Shown: positions 15,824-32,919, counted from the stretch's first letter. The stretch is DNA of 64,000 nucleotides from the human T2T-CHM13v2.0 reference genome, Homo sapiens (GCF_009914755.1 NC_060929.1), one strand, 5' to 3'. A program made the numbers and translations. The notes: generated by a model from the sequence alone, not told the origin.

Positions 15824-16203
15824 CGATGTAATTTTGCCGTGTCTCCACTCAAATCTCATCTTAAATTGTAGTTCCCAGAATCCCAATGTGTTGTGTGAGG
15901 GACCTGGTGGGAGGTCCCTCATGTGGGCGGTTACCTACATGCTGTTCCCATGATAATGAGTGAGTGCTCACAAGATCTGCAAGATCTGATGGTTTATAAG
16001 GGGCTTTTCCCCAGCCTCGCTCTGCACTTCTCCTTGCTGCCACCATGTGAAGAAGGTCACGTTTGCTTCCCCTTCCACCATGGTTATAAGTTGCCTGAGG
16101 CCTCCCTAGCCCTGTAGAACTGTGAGTCAATTAAAGCTCTTTCCTTTATAAATTACCCAGTCTTGGGTATGTCCTTATAGCAGCATGAGAACAAACTAAT
16201 ACA
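15824..16203 (+). mobile_element. THE1 solo LTR
   Basis: 'ccactcaaatctcatcttaaattgtagttccc...ttcctttataaattacccagtcttgggtatgtc...aactaataca'. Confidence 0.88.
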
Positions 16204-16964
16204 GACTGGGAATACAGAGATAGTAAACATATCGGATCATTTCAATATCACTATATTATCTAAGTCAGAGGTATGTATCAGGGACTAGGGTGCCCAAAGG
16301 AGGGCCTGGTTAGAAAGTTTGACAAATGTTTTCTTGAAGAGATGATGGCCAAACCATGTCTGGGCCAAATTTTTCAGGTGTGATATGCTTTTATCTGAAT
16401 GTGAAGAAAAGGTGGATCTTTGATAGATCCTGACCAAGGCAGTGAAAGATCCTTGTAGTGGGTCTTTAGGTAGATAAATGAGAGAGAGAGTTACCATCAA
16501 ATCACCAAGATGTTATTTTCTCCAGTTTAAAGAAAAAGACTCAGCCACTTCTTCCTCTCTGTTCTCTTTCATAGCGATTCTCAGCTCTTTGGAGGCTACC
16601 TTGTGAAGACTCCCCTGATCTAAATTATTAAGACCATCTTCTTTGGGAATGACGAGAGAAGAGGAAGAAGAAAGCAGTGTGCAAAGAATGAGAATTCTAT
16701 GTGCCTCCAAAGAGAAAAAACTGCAACTACACATCAGCGTTATGCAAATGACCTCTATTCTTAAAAGTTGGCTGAAAATGAGGAAATCCATTGCATTCAC
16801 AGAGATATTCTGTGGGAGCAAAAAGGGAGAGAACAACAGTACTACTTTAAAAAGAAATGTACTATGTAATTTTCCCTAGCATTATCCAAATCAAACATTT
16901 TTGAAGCAACAAGCCTCTATCCAGAGCTCAGAAACTGAAAAAAATATATTACATTTTTCTTATA

Positions 16965-19357
16965 CAGGCATACCTTGGATATATTGGAAGGTAAGTTGCA
17001 GATTATGGCAGTTATGCAAAATACCCTATTAAGCAAGTCATACCATAATTTTTGGTTTACCAGTGCATATAAAAGTTATGTTTATATTGTAGTCTTTTCA
17101 GTGTGCAATAGAATTATGTCTCAAAAAATGCACACAACTTAAAAATTCCTTGTTGCTAAAAAATTCTAACAATCATCTGAGCCTTCAAAGAGTCATCATC
17201 TTTCTGCTGGTAGAGGGCCTTGCCTCAGTGTCAATGGCTACTGCCTAATCAGGGTGATGTTTGCTAAAGTTTGGGATGGCTGTGGCAATTTAGTAAAGTA
17301 AGACAATAAAGTCAGCATCTTCAGTTACTCTTCCTTTTACAAAAAAATTTCTCTGTAGCATGTGATGCTGTTTGATAGCATTTACTCACAACAAAACCTC
17401 TTTCAAAATTGGAGTCCTCTTAAAAATTGTCCTTGCTTTATTAACTAAACTTATGTAATATTCTAAGTCCTTTGTTGTCATTTTGACAATGTTCACAGTA
17501 TCTTCAGCAAGAGTGGAGTCCACCTCGTGAAACCGTTTTCTATTTTCATGCATAAGAAACAACTGTTCATCAGTTCAAGTTTTACCATGAGATTGCAGCA
17601 ATTCAATCACGTCTTCAGAACCCACTTTTAATTCTAGTTCTCTTGCTATTTCTATCACATCTGCAGTTACTTCCTTAACTCAAGTTGCTAGAAAATAATG
17701 CAGCTAGTGACTTTACATTGAACCCTTCAAAGTAAGGGGTTGGAATCCATTTCTTCCACACTCCTGTTAAGGTTGCTATTTTGACCTCCTCCCATGAGTT
17801 ATGAATATTCTTAATGTCATTTAGAATGATGAATCCTTTCCAGGAGGTTTTTAATTTCCATTAAAGGAATTGTTCTCTATATCTATGGCAACTATAGTCT
17901 TACAAAATGTGTTTTTCAAATAATAAGACTTGAAAATCAAAATTACTCCTTGATCCATGGGCTGCAGAATGGATATTGTGTTATTAGCCATGAAAACAAC
18001 ATTAATCTCCTTGTGCACCTCCATCAGAGCTCTTGGGTGAACAGGTGCATTGTCAATGCACAGTAATATTTTGAAAGGAATCTCTTTCTCTGAGCAGTAG
18101 GTCTCAACAGTGGACTTAAAATGTTCAATAACCATACTATAAACAGATGAGTTGTCATCTAGGCTTTGTAGTTCCACTTATAAAGCACAGGCAGAGTCCA
18201 TATAGCATTATTCTTAAGGGCGCTAGGATTTTTGGTCAATGAGCATTGGCTTCAACTTAAAGTCATCAGCTGCATTAGACACTAACAAGAGAGTCAGCCT
18301 GTCCTTTGAAGCTTCTAAGTCAGGCATTGACTTCCCCTTTCTAGCTGTGAAAGTCTTAGATGATCATCTTCCAATATAAGGTTGTTTCTTCTCCAGTGAA
18401 AATCTACTATTTAGCATGGCCACCTTCATCAATAATTTTAGCTAGATCTTCTACATAACTTGCTACAGCTTCTATATTAGAACTTCCTGCATCACCTTGC
18501 ACTTTTATTTTATGTATATGGCTTCTTACCTTAAGTCTCATGAATCAATCTCTGCTAGATTCCCACTTTTCTTCTTCAGCTTCCCCACCTGTCTCAGCCT
18601 TCATAGAATTAAAGAGAGTTAGGGCTTTCTCTGAATTTAACTTGGCTTAAGGAAACATTGTGGCTGGCTTGATCTTCTATCCAGACCACTCAAAATTTCT
18701 CTACTTCAGCAATAAAGCTGCTGCTTTCTTATCATTTGGGTGTTCAGTGTGGTAGCAATTTAATTTTTTTCAAGAATTTTCCTTTGTATTTACACATTGA
18801 TTAACTCTTTGGTATAATATGTCTAGGTTTTCTACATGCCTTCCTTGCTAAACAATCATTTCTAGCTTTTGATTTAAAGTGAGAGACATATGACTCTTCC
18901 TTTTACTTAAACACTTAGAGGCCATTGTAGGACTATTACATGACCTACTTTCAATATTATTCTGTTTCATGTAAAAGGGAGGCTTGAGGAGAGAGAGAGA
19001 GAGACAGACAGACAGGAGAATAGCCAGTTGGTAGAGTAGTCAGAACACATGTATTTGTCCTTTAAACACTGTCATCTTATAAGGGCAAAGCTAGTGGCAT
19101 CCCTCCAAAATTACAATCATTACATCAAAGATCATTGATCACAGATCACCATAGCAAATATAATAATGATGGAAACATTGTAAATATTGCGAGAATTACC
19201 AAAATGTGACCCAGACACGTGAAGTGAGCACATGCTGTTGGAAAAATGGCTCCAATACACTTGTTCAGCATAGGGCTGCTACCATTTTTCAATCCATAAA
19301 AATACAATATCTATGAATTCCAATGAAGCCAAGCATAATGAAATAATATATGATATA
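16965..19357 (-). mobile_element. Near full-length Tigger1 (pogo-type) DNA transposon with decayed transposase
   Basis: TA followed by TIR 'caggcatacct'; length ~2.4 kb. ORF 17851-18177 has DDE_1-like motifs '[13 protein letters not shown]' and 'LQPMDQGVI'. Degenerate opposite TIR near 19340-19357. Confidence 0.9.
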
Positions 19358-21387
19358 TATGTTCTAACTCAGGAGCATTTAAAATAATATGGTCCTCATT
19401 TTAATTACATCATTTATTTCTACTACTCAGCAGCACACATATAAACAAGGGGAAGAAAGGGGAGCAACTGCCCTGAGTGGGCTCAACCATACACAAATTG
19501 GTCAATGGCAAACACATTTAAGCAGAATGTTGGGGGAGGGGGCCGGTGGTATTTCCTTGGATTTTAGGCACTTTGGGCAAGAATCTAACCAGGAACCAAG
19601 ATAAAAATATTAAGAGTTGGAAAAGGAGCTAAGTTTATGTTTCTACATCACTTTTCTTCAAGTTACTCAAAGTGTTTGGTTCAAAATACCAGAAGATTTG
19701 GTGACATGGGTGAAAGGATATTTCAGATGCTAAAAATGAAATACTTGAAAATAATGTAGTTTATTCATAGAGTGAAGAACTAACAAGAATATGTCTTTTT
19801 CACCAAAAAAACCCCTCACATTCCTCCTCCCTCTTCTAGTCCCTGGATGATTCTATTTAAACATTTGTAAATTTTAAACATTTTATAAACAGTTTTAAAT
19901 ACTGGTGCAGGATTGAGTTGCTAGTTACTTTGTAACTAGTAAACATTTGGCCACATTTTCCTCTTGTGAGCTAGGTAAACATTTCCATGTATTTTTCTAG
20001 CTCTTACCTATTCCATGGATGATCATCAGCAATTGTATATAACAAGTCATAGACGAACAAAGATACTCAACATACTAAGGAAGTAATTTACCCAAGATTT
20101 TGTGTAGTTATTTTGATGAGCAGATTTTGGCCATAACATTACTAATTGCAAAATCTTGTATCATTCCAGGGAGAGGCTAAAAATCTCTCATGAAAGCACC
20201 AGTATCTGAGTGCTGACCACGGTAGGCTTCTGCGCTTACAGAGGAGCTGCATCACAGATGAGAGAAATACAACCAAGACTTCAACTACAATTGAGCAGAA
20301 AGCCTCCCATAAACATGAAGACAATTCGTAACCAGAGTTTAAGTTTTATAAAGGTGTCTAAAAATATCTTATTTTGAATCATGCAAAAGTGATCCAGTCT
20401 GGAAGCATTGTAAAAATAATGCTTCCTTCCCAGGCTGGGTAGTTTGTAAAACCCTAGAGACTAGAATTTCCTCAAGCCTATTTTATCCTCTTTATTCTGG
20501 AGAAGAAAACAAATCAAGAAATCGAAACACTTGACCTTGGAAAGGATCTCATCCTTTGTTACAGACTGGCTGACTCTGAATATATCAGGAATGTACTTCC
20601 TAGACCCCAGGACTCAAATATAACCAGAGTGACAGATAGGGCAGGTCTGAGAGAAGTAGCAAACGTACTTCATCTTAGGGTCAGAAAGAAACATGCTGGT
20701 ATAATTCTAACTTAGAAAATAACCAGGTAAGGGGTCTTGTAAACTTCATACAATGCTGCTGCCTCTGAGTTATTAAAAAAATTACTAACAGGCTTCTGAT
20801 CAACTAAAGGAATAAAATTAGGTGTTCAAAGGAGATTTTTTAATGTCCTCATCTAGAATTATTTCCCCATTGTGATAACACTGAATTATAACCAGAAGCT
20901 GGACATATTTTAAAACACCTTTTAAATAGGCAGGTCTAAACCTTGAAAACATCAGTGATATAGAGAACCCACCATTGAGTGTGAAGTTTGAGAAATTGAT
21001 CCTAAAGCTTTAATTAATTGTCCCACGTCAGGCTACCAATAGATTAACGCTTTTGTTCTTGTCACCACTACCTTTATAAAAAATACATGGATGGAAAATG
21101 TGAAGAAATAAAAGAGAATGATGAATGCCTTCACATTTAAAGATGGAAAGAAAAGAGGAACCGTTTCAAATACCACATGGGAGAAGAACTTTGTATCTTT
21201 ACCATTCAGAATATACTCATAATTCCTGCCCATTTGCTCAACTATGTTTACTATTTTACTTTTCACTGAACCTTAACACAGATCAATTTGGGACAAAGAT
21301 ACAAATAAGTTTTTTGATAATTTTTGCAATCTTGATAATTTTCTTTAAAAAATTAACATAACAACATGGCCTAGTGCTACATATCAA

Positions 21388-22585
21388 GCTTTTTTTTAAT
21401 AGGCTTTTAAGAAGAGTTTTAAGTCCACAGCAAAATTGAGCAGAAAGTACAGAGTTTCCATATACCTCCGACCTATCCCCTTCCCAGAGCCTCATGACTA
21501 TCAATATCCCCCACCAGAATGGTACATTCATTATAGCTGATGAGCCTATACTGACATCATTATCACCCAAAGTTCATTGTTTACATTAGGGTTCACTCTC
21601 GGTGTTGTACATTGTATGGATTTGAACAAATTTATAATGACATGTATCTACAGTAGTAACATACACACTAGTTTCGCTGCCCTAAAAATCTTCTGTCCTC
21701 TGCCTATTCGTTCCTCCCTCCCTTTAAACCCTGGATCTTTTTAATGTCGCCATAGTTTTGCCTTTTCTAGAAGTCATGTAGTTGGAATTACACAATATGT
21801 AGTCTTTTTGGATTGCCTTCTTTCACTTAGTAATATATATTTAAGATTACTCTATGCCTTTCCATGCCTTGATAGCTCATTTCTTTTTAATACTGAATAA
21901 TATTCAATTGCCTGGATGTGCCACAGTTTATTTATCAATTCACCCAGTAAGAGACATCTTGGTTGCTTCTAAGTTTTGGCAAATATGAACAAATCTGCTA
22001 TACACAATCATGTGCAAAACTTTTGTAGGAATTTTCAACTCCTTTGGATATATATCAAGAAGTACAATGGCTGAATTGTACGTTAAGAGCGTAGCTAGTT
22101 TTGTTTTAAGAGACTGCCAAACTGTGAGACTGCCAAACTGTCTTCCAAAGTACCACTTTACATTCCTACCAGCAATGAATGAGCTTTCCTGTTAGGTACT
22201 TCCAAGGCATCATTTTGCATTCCTAGCAGCAATGAATGAGAGTTCCTGTTATTCCACATTCTTACTAGCACTGGGTGATGTCAGTTCCAGATTTTGGCCA
22301 TCCTAATAGGCATGTAGTAGTATCTCACTGTTGTTTTAATTTGCAATTCCCTAATGATATAGGATGTTGTGCATATTTTAATAAGCTTATATACCATCTG
22401 TATATTTTCTTTGGTGAGTTTTCTGTTCAGATCTTTTGTGCAGTTTAAAATGAGGTTGTTCGTGTTTTTCTTGTTGAGTTTTAAGAGTTCTCTGTATATT
22501 TTGGATAATAGTTCTTTATCAAATGTGCCATTTGCAAATATTTTCTCCCAGTCTGTGGTTTGTCTTCTTACTCACTTGACACATT
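21388..22585 (-). mobile_element. L1MC-like 3' fragment
   Basis: Antisense 3' end 'gagttttaagtccacagcaaaattgagcagaaagtacagag' followed by antisense ORF2 end. Confidence 0.8.
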
Positions 22586-23999
22586 GAGTTTTCTCATAGA
22601 AAATAGTGCTTATTTGGAAGAATAAGATATTTCTTTGTCAGTCTGTATCTTTCAGATACCCAATTTATAATTCCAGAAGTTAGAACATTTTCTAGCTCCT
22701 CTCATGTTCAGAAAGGCAGATATTTTATCTAATCTATAATTATCCCGTTCACAAATTAAATAGATATTTTTGTTCCTCAAACTCGCTTTTTTATTCCTCG
22801 AACATTTCATTTTCTCTTTTCCTACCAATTTCAAAATCAATAGATATTAACATCCAACTGATCTTTGCCAGTGAGTACTAGGAGAGAAGAACTAAGTTGA
22901 AAAATAAATTTCTATCTGCTTTTAGAATGGGTGCATATTGTGCCACACTGCCAAGCTATATTTAACTTTCTGGCAATATATTTTCTTAGGGTTTAATTCT
23001 GGGCCAGCCAGAGAGAAATATTACTTTAGCATTAAAGCTATACATTCTGGAGAGAAAAGCATAACTTTCTGATGAAGAAAAGAACTGGGAGTAATTTCCA
23101 TTTTATAATGCCTTATTAGAGCATTAGAGAAGGTTTGACAAAAAACAATGGTACAGACCACAGGAAGGAAAAACAATTAAAAAAGATTAATGCACAAGGA
23201 TTCCCTACCATAGGCAAGGTAGGCTAGACATAACCTCATGTAACTTTGCCTAGCATGAAAAAAAAATTGACAGTTTATCTTTACAGAATACTTACAAAGT
23301 TTCAGCGCAAATTGCCACATTTTTGAGTTAGGCAAACAAAGCACAAAGTTTCTCATACTCTACAATGAGCAAATGAGAGGGGCCTAGAAAACATTTCTGT
23401 CAGGTTTGAGATGGTTTAAATGCTGAAAACAAAAAAAAAAAAAAAGAAAAGAAAGAAAGAAAAATCTGATCCTCCCTGCTAATTGTATTTTGCAACAGAG
23501 ATGGGCCTTGGTTATGGCTGCAGTTGAACAATGAATATTTCCAAAAGGAGACCTTTGCCTGAAAATGGCAGAGAACTACAAAAAACTCATACTCAAGACC
23601 TCTTCAGAATCAGATCAACTTCTCCCGTTTGCTAACCCCTTCCAGATTTATATCCTGTAAAATTTTGGTTGATGAAGACATACAGAATCTTGCCCAGGAC
23701 CGCACATCCAAATAGTATTGAGAGACTGGAGACAGAAGTGGGGAAGAGGAAGTTATCTAGAAGCAATTCATGCCTCCTGTCAGAAAGCTCCAGAAGGATA
23801 GATTGCTTCTTATTCAAAATGAGCTAGAAACAAAAATGCTATTATGAGGCTTATAACAGAGCTTCCTCACATTACAAAAGAAGACAGCTATCATGAAGAA
23901 AATCATGTGACTTACTATTTTCTATAGAAAACAAAAAAAAATTCAGAGACAATGTCCAGTATGTATTATCACCAACTTTCAATAAGGGATACAATACCA

Positions 24000-24295
24000 A
24001 GGACCTGCTGGTGAAGCTCAGCCCACGGGAGTGTGCTATTTTGCCTCACCAATGCAGAAAAATTGCCCACATTTTCTTTCTATAAAAAATCTAGATTTCT
24101 TTTGACAAATTGTAAAATCTGGCAGTATTTGGTCCCTGTTTCCAAATGGAGACTAGTGGGCTAGACCTGAGGAGGCGACATTCCCCAAAATGGGCCCATG
24201 GTACCCACTAGCACATCCTAGATCCTTACCAAAGGCCCAGTTTTCTCGTTTGTGTCACCCACTTGACTTGTTGAAATTCAGATTCACAATTTCTG
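24000..24295. mobile_element. hAT-Charlie MITE (MER102-like), diverged
   Basis: 'aaaatctagatttct...aaaatctggcagtatttggtccc' resembles the MER102 internal region. Confidence 0.4.
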
Positions 24296-24375
24296 ATATA
24301 TAAGAAATATGGAGGCAATGAAGTCACAGACATCTTGAGGAGTGATTTACATAGGTTAGACAAAAATGCAACAGC

Positions 24376-24710
24376 TGGGACTTCTGGAGTGGTGGAATGA
24401 GGGCTTTCATAAACCCTGTCTCAATAATTACAAATAATAATAATATAACAGTATGATTTAGGGAATGAGCTGTCCACAGATGGTTTTGAGAAGCTCTGAC
24501 ATATTCCTAAGGATCTTGAAGACCACACAAATGTGCAGAGCCATGCACATGACCAGAAAACACCTGAGAGATTGCTCAGCTCTCTCTTTTGGCTGACCCT
24601 GAGGGCCTGCGCAAGCAGGAAATAAAGGCTAAGGCCAACTTGCAGGCTGTCTTAATGTTGAAGATATGCCCCAGCAAACACACAAAACCCTACACCACAA
24701 AGACTACTAC
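24376..24710 (+). mobile_element. Ancient L1M 5'UTR fragment
   Basis: 'ggctgaccctgagggcctgcgcaagcaggaaataaaggctaaggc' resembles an L1M4/L1MC 5' region. Confidence 0.5.
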
Positions 24711-24714
24711 AAAT

Positions 24715-27478
<2,764 letters not shown>

Positions 27479-27792
27479 AAGTTAGAGGCACAGCAGAACT
27501 ATCTTTCAAAGAGTAATAGGTTCAGTAAATTAAGATGAAGTTAGTAGGTTAGGCTGAAGTAGCAGACAAGCTAAGCTGGTGTCTAGGAGAAGGGAAAACT
27601 TTAATAAATAGAAAGTTTAGATTCATGTAGTCTCCACAGACTATAGACAAAAGAAAAGGTCAGGATTTGAGAATCTTCAGAAGTGATTGATTAGAGTGGA
27701 CAATTTGGGCCAAAGTACAGATTGCTGGCTATAAGTCATACAGAATAAACCAACCACCTTGGTACAGAGTAGATTAGAGCCGATAAAAAGCC

Positions 27793-27834
27793 AAAACAAA
27801 CAAACAAACAAAGAAACAAACAAACAAAAAAACA
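27793..27834 (+). repeat. (AAAC)n microsatellite
   Basis: 'aaaacaaacaaacaaacaaagaaacaaacaaacaaaaaaac'. Confidence 0.85.
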
Positions 27835-28879
27835 CTTTCTAAGTACATATTAGGTACTGAGCACCACTGTAACTGATGTTTTCCAAAAGTCAGAGCTTCG
27901 TTTGATATTTTCTCACAACTATATATAGATGTTTTATCCTTGAGGAAGACTTTATTTCCTTGTAGTTAGCAAAATTACCACAGCCTACTAACAGTTCCAT
28001 GCATATATTAGATACTCAGTTGGTGCTGTTTGAGTTCTGGAATAAATTTATTACATTTTACTAAATTAAAATTTCTCAGCTAAATACTGAATATGTTTCC
28101 TAGGCCAAGGCCTCTTTAAGCAACATTTAAGAGTGGACCCAGTTACTCTTTATATCTCCAAACCATCATCAGAGACTTTTTAGAGCAGCAGAAACAGAAA
28201 GTATTTCTCACATAAAAATAGAAATTCCAAATTCTATGTTTGCTTTATCCCCATTCTTTATTCTGCCTAGATATTTTACAGTTGCATCACCAAGCTATAG
28301 CATGCAATCGTAATCTGATGTGTGTTGGTGAGTATAAACACATTTCTGAATAATGCTATTATTTTAGAAAATAGCTGCTCAATACATTTGTGAGATGAAG
28401 CAATTACGCTCTCTGAACTAATTAAAAACACGTTACATATGTGTATGTACATGTGTGTATATACACACACACTCACACATACATAAAGAGACAGAGAGAA
28501 AAATTGTATACACCTATTCTAGGTGTAACCATGAGCTTAATGAAATGAACCCTAAAAAAAAACTTGCAACATCTACATTTAGGCCTTGAATAAAATGAGA
28601 AGTATGAGCGTGGGCAACACCCAACCATACTAAGAGGCAAGTTTGTCTAGCTGGGTATCATTAAGGTGACAGGAATAGCCTTTATTTCACAAATTGTGGC
28701 AATGATGTGGAAGGACGGACATAAGGAAAGAAAGAAATAAGAAAGGAAGCTACTTCCGTGAAAATGGCCTACCTCATCCGCAGTAATATCAATTCTAAAC
28801 CATCTTCCCACTGCCAGCTGTTTTCCTGGTTCTCTGTCATATACTTATGCTAGCTTAACTTAAATTATATTAGCTTACA

Positions 28880-29050
28880 AAAGATAGTAGAGTAGAAAGT
28901 ATAGACAGAGAAACTAGGTTCTAATCTTTGCTTTATATAAGAGACCCAGGTCACTGTCTTTTGGGGCCTGAGTTTCTTTATCAGTGAAGTGAGGCAGTTA
29001 TCCTGCATAATCATCTCTCAAGTTCCCTGTGGCTCCAAGATTCTTTGTTT
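28880..29050. mobile_element. MIR/MIR3 remnant
   Basis: 'actaggttctaatctttgc...ggcctgagtttctttatcagtgaagtgagg...atctctcaagttccct'. Confidence 0.55.
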
Positions 29051-32000
29051 TAGTTAACAGAAATTCTGGGATGATGAGAACATTCTTAAAAAGTATTTCA
29101 TTAGAATTTCTGGAATTGATTTTATAGATGTCAGTGAATATTGATGGTAGAAAAGAGGACAGTAAAACAAATTCCTGTACGCATGGATTAAATGCATTCA
29201 TAGTGGTTTGGTCTGAATAAGAGAATAACAAATCAAAAATTCCTTTAAAAACACAAGTAGTAGGAGGGGGACAAGTTGTTCTTAGATAATTAGGATATTG
29301 AAGTCTAGCCTCTTGTGTGTTTCTCATTTAAATAAATTTATTTTTTTCAAAAACAAACTTTTAGGCTTCTAAGCAAAGATATGAAGGCCTCCCTGATGGC
29401 TTCCACTTGAAGAGTCCTTTCCATCCTCCCACTTTCTGTTGGCCTTCACACCTCTCCCATGGCCCATATCACGTTCCACACAACATTGTAATTATAAATA
29501 CAAATGTTATTTTTCTAAGTAGACCATGGGCTTCTTGAGATTATTTATCTTTGATGTTGCAGATCCTGGTACCTTACAAATAGGAGACACTCGGTAAAAA
29601 CGAATGAGGAATGAAGGAATGGGGAGGAAGGAAGAAAAGGGAAGGATGAAGGGAAAGAAGAGGGAGGAACAAGAAACACACATATGTAGCAATATATTCA
29701 ATGGCATCTAGTTCATTAAAAGAGTTAATGACCCCTAACTATAGGAATGATATACAAAGTAAGGAGAAATGCATCCAACAGGATACTCGGCTTGATCAAG
29801 CTAAGGCTTGATTCTCTTTGGAGAAGAGATGATCAGGCACATCATCAAAGAGAATAAAAAACCTGTTGAGCCCGACCAGGTTCATTTAAGGTGCTAGACA
29901 CGCCATGACACTTCCCACAGACCCTGGTTATGAATATCACAGATAAATATTTCCTATTCCTTCCTCTCAACTCACAATCATTTTCCATAAATCTTCTTTA
30001 AAGATAGTGTTTAATCAGAACAGGGCAAGATTTGGACTAGATACAAGCTGAACACTTCCGCTCCCACCATATCCCTTGGTATCAGAAGCTGCAAAAGGAA
30101 ACTAAAATACAAACAAAGCAAGTTTTTTAAAATTTGTATATTCCTCTAAATAAGTATTAGCACAACTACAGAAAATCAGTAGCTTATCATCCACAAGAAA
30201 GAAAAAAATTAAGATTTAATTCTTAAAGACAAACCTACTCAACTCATTGTCATTTATAGCTACAACCAAATAACTGCAATCTTCATCTCAGGCAACAGGA
30301 AAGAAACAATACAATGTGACACTTTCTTCTCTTCCTCTGTCCTACAAATGTCTTGACCACATGACTACAAAAGAAAGAGGAAAACACTATCAGCAATCAA
30401 AGCCAAAGGGCATTTTTTTTTTACCTTACATCAAAATAAACTCAAATTATTACAGTCTACTTTGACCAAATAACACATGGTGATGTGTTTCATTACAAAC
30501 TATTGAAAGATTATTTTGTGGAGGAAAATTGCAATTCTAGACAATAAACACTTCAAATGGGGCAACATTTCAGAGGCCAGAACCGCTACTTCGTACTCCA
30601 ACTCCCCCTCCAATATTCCACATTCATTAGTTTTGGTCATCAAGCTGTCACAACAGTTGGCAAGATGGGATTCAACATAGACAATGGGATTCAACAATTT
30701 CATCTAGAGAGACGACGAAATTGAACCTCTGGTGAAATTCAAAGAACCTCTTGAAACTTAATGAACACCCTATCCATTTGAACAAATGAAAGCTTAAATT
30801 AGATTGCTCTAGGATCTCAATGTTAAATATGTGTACAACTTAATTAACTGATACTTACATTGTCCCCCATCACCTTTTTTTTTTTTACTTCACTCCTTTT
30901 TAAGAAAACTGAATCCTAGGCAAATGAGGTAATGATGGAATGTTACATGGATTTTAGATGGAGCAACTCATCAGTAGATCAGATGAAGAGATCACAGAAG
31001 GTCAGAAGTAAACCTCTCTTTTCGGAGTGCAGCAGCTGCTTCTAAGAGCTGACTGGGACCTCCATGAAACCCAAACGGGTGGAGAATCAAACTGAAACTG
31101 AATAGCCCAAGCTCAAGAGTCATGCCTGGAGCTCAGGAATCACATGGCTGGACCCTGTTTCCTGTTCCATACACTAAGCCTAACGTGGCTAATGTCATCA
31201 GACTTTTGCTCTATTTCAAAAGGACCCCACAAATGGTTTTTCCAGGGAGATTTGAGCACACCCCTAAATTCAGGACTTCATTAACACGTGACACTGAAGG
31301 TGAAAACAAAAACTCTAGGTCTCTGATATCAAAAGCCTGAAACCCAGATAAATTTTTTGGCTTAAATTTATCTGGATATTTGCCTAGGTTTGCTACTTCA
31401 CTTACAAGCATGAACTAGGCAAAACTAAATGCAGCAATCTTCTTGAACTCTGTGGTGTTAGTACTTGTCCTTCACTCAGAGTAATTCAGCTGTCACTTTT
31501 CAAAAATCCAAAAGGCCTTGCATAAGGTCAAATACATTTACATGTCTGCATTCTTAGTGTCATGGAGACTGACACTGGCCATCTGCAGGTACTTAAGGAA
31601 AAGCAGAACGAGTGGACCCTCTCCGATTTAAAACACAGTTACTCTTAGGATGACTTAATATTTAAAGGAATGAGTGAAACAAAGTGGATATGAAAGTAGA
31701 GAATGAAGAAGAAATTTGGGTATTTGACCCTAGGTTTACTACTGTGGTGAGATCCTTAGCAAGTCACCTAAACGGGGCTCTTTGGGCCCTGTTACCTAAT
31801 GTGCAAAAATAAAGAAGTTGATCTGATGGTAATGTGTTTTATGCCTCAAAGATTCTTAGAAAAAAGTTGATATTGTTAGAGATAGGACATCTAAATTTAG
31901 TTTTAGCCCCTACGTTCTCTATGATTTTTATCTTTTAAAAAAATCAAACGGAATGAGAAAAATACTTGTTAACATAGTCTTCTATGATGAGAAGTGAGAG

Positions 32001-32113
32001 TCTCAGTCACTGAGAAAATGTCATAATAGCAAAGTATCTTGGGATATTAGTTAATATGAGTTTTGCCTCAAAAAACATTCTCAACTCAATTGAATTAAAT
32101 AAGATGGAATTTC

Positions 32114-32163
32114 TGTGTATGTGTGTTTGTGTGTGTGTGTCTGTCTGTCTCTATCTCTCTCTC
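32114..32163 (+). repeat. (TG)n/(TC)n compound microsatellite
   Basis: 'tgtgtatgtgtgtttgtgtgtgtgtgtctgtctgtctctatctctctctc'. Confidence 0.75.
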
Positions 32164-32919
32164 ATTACAAGATTTTTAGAAGTAGAGCAACTAAAAAATG
32201 TTATCCAAGACCCAGGTTTTTAATATTTTTTCAACACTGTTACTTCTAGAAAATGTGCCTTTTCTTATAACCAGCTCTTCTCATGCTTACAAGACAGCTG
32301 CAGCAGCTCCAGGAATCATATCTTCATAACACTGTCCAGCAGATAAACAGGAGCTATGTCATCCCTTTTCTGTTTGTCTCATTGTATCAGAAAAATAAAA
32401 CATTTCCCAGAAGTTTCTAGCATATTTCTAGTCATGTCTCAGACCAAATTTTGACTTCTGCTTGTTTCTGTATCAATCTTTAAAATGAAAAGGATGACCA
32501 GAATTGGATTAGCTCAATTGTAGATTCATGCCCTGGCCCTGGCAACATGGATGACTTTTCCTGAAGTACGTGGCTGTGTGGAAAATCAGTGCTATTAGGA
32601 AAGCACCCACTTATGGGAATATGCTTGGAGAGGAAACCAGATTTGCTACACAGGCAAAACCTTCATAATAAATATACTATTGTGAAGGAATTAGCCAGAT
32701 CAATAATCACAATAAAATTGGACCCTGCTCAAATTTTCCACTTAAGGGCATACTGAGCAAATTAAATACAATACCAAGGGAAATTGCTACCTCTTTACAG
32801 TTTCTGATGGATTTGTAGGAAAAGTTAAAAAAAATCATATAGTAGATGTCAACCTGACCTTTCCTATATAACCCTCTTGCATCTTACTGGAAGAGTAGCA
32901 TGAAGAGAACAAGAGAAGT

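Noticed and set aside
16285-16879. Cluster of 70-107 aa ORFs and a strong plus-strand polypyrimidine/AG at ~16574
   Set aside because: No recognisable protein; all plus frames close within ~60 nt of the AG and I saw no matching donor.
17851-18177. Domesticated TIGD-type transposase gene
   Set aside because: Only a 108-aa open stretch within a Tigger1 otherwise full of stops and frameshifts.
20170-20221. Plus-strand exon-like segment (ctaat...ttccag| ... CACG|gtaggc)
   Set aside because: Stops in all three frames, a weak pyrimidine tract and no other support.
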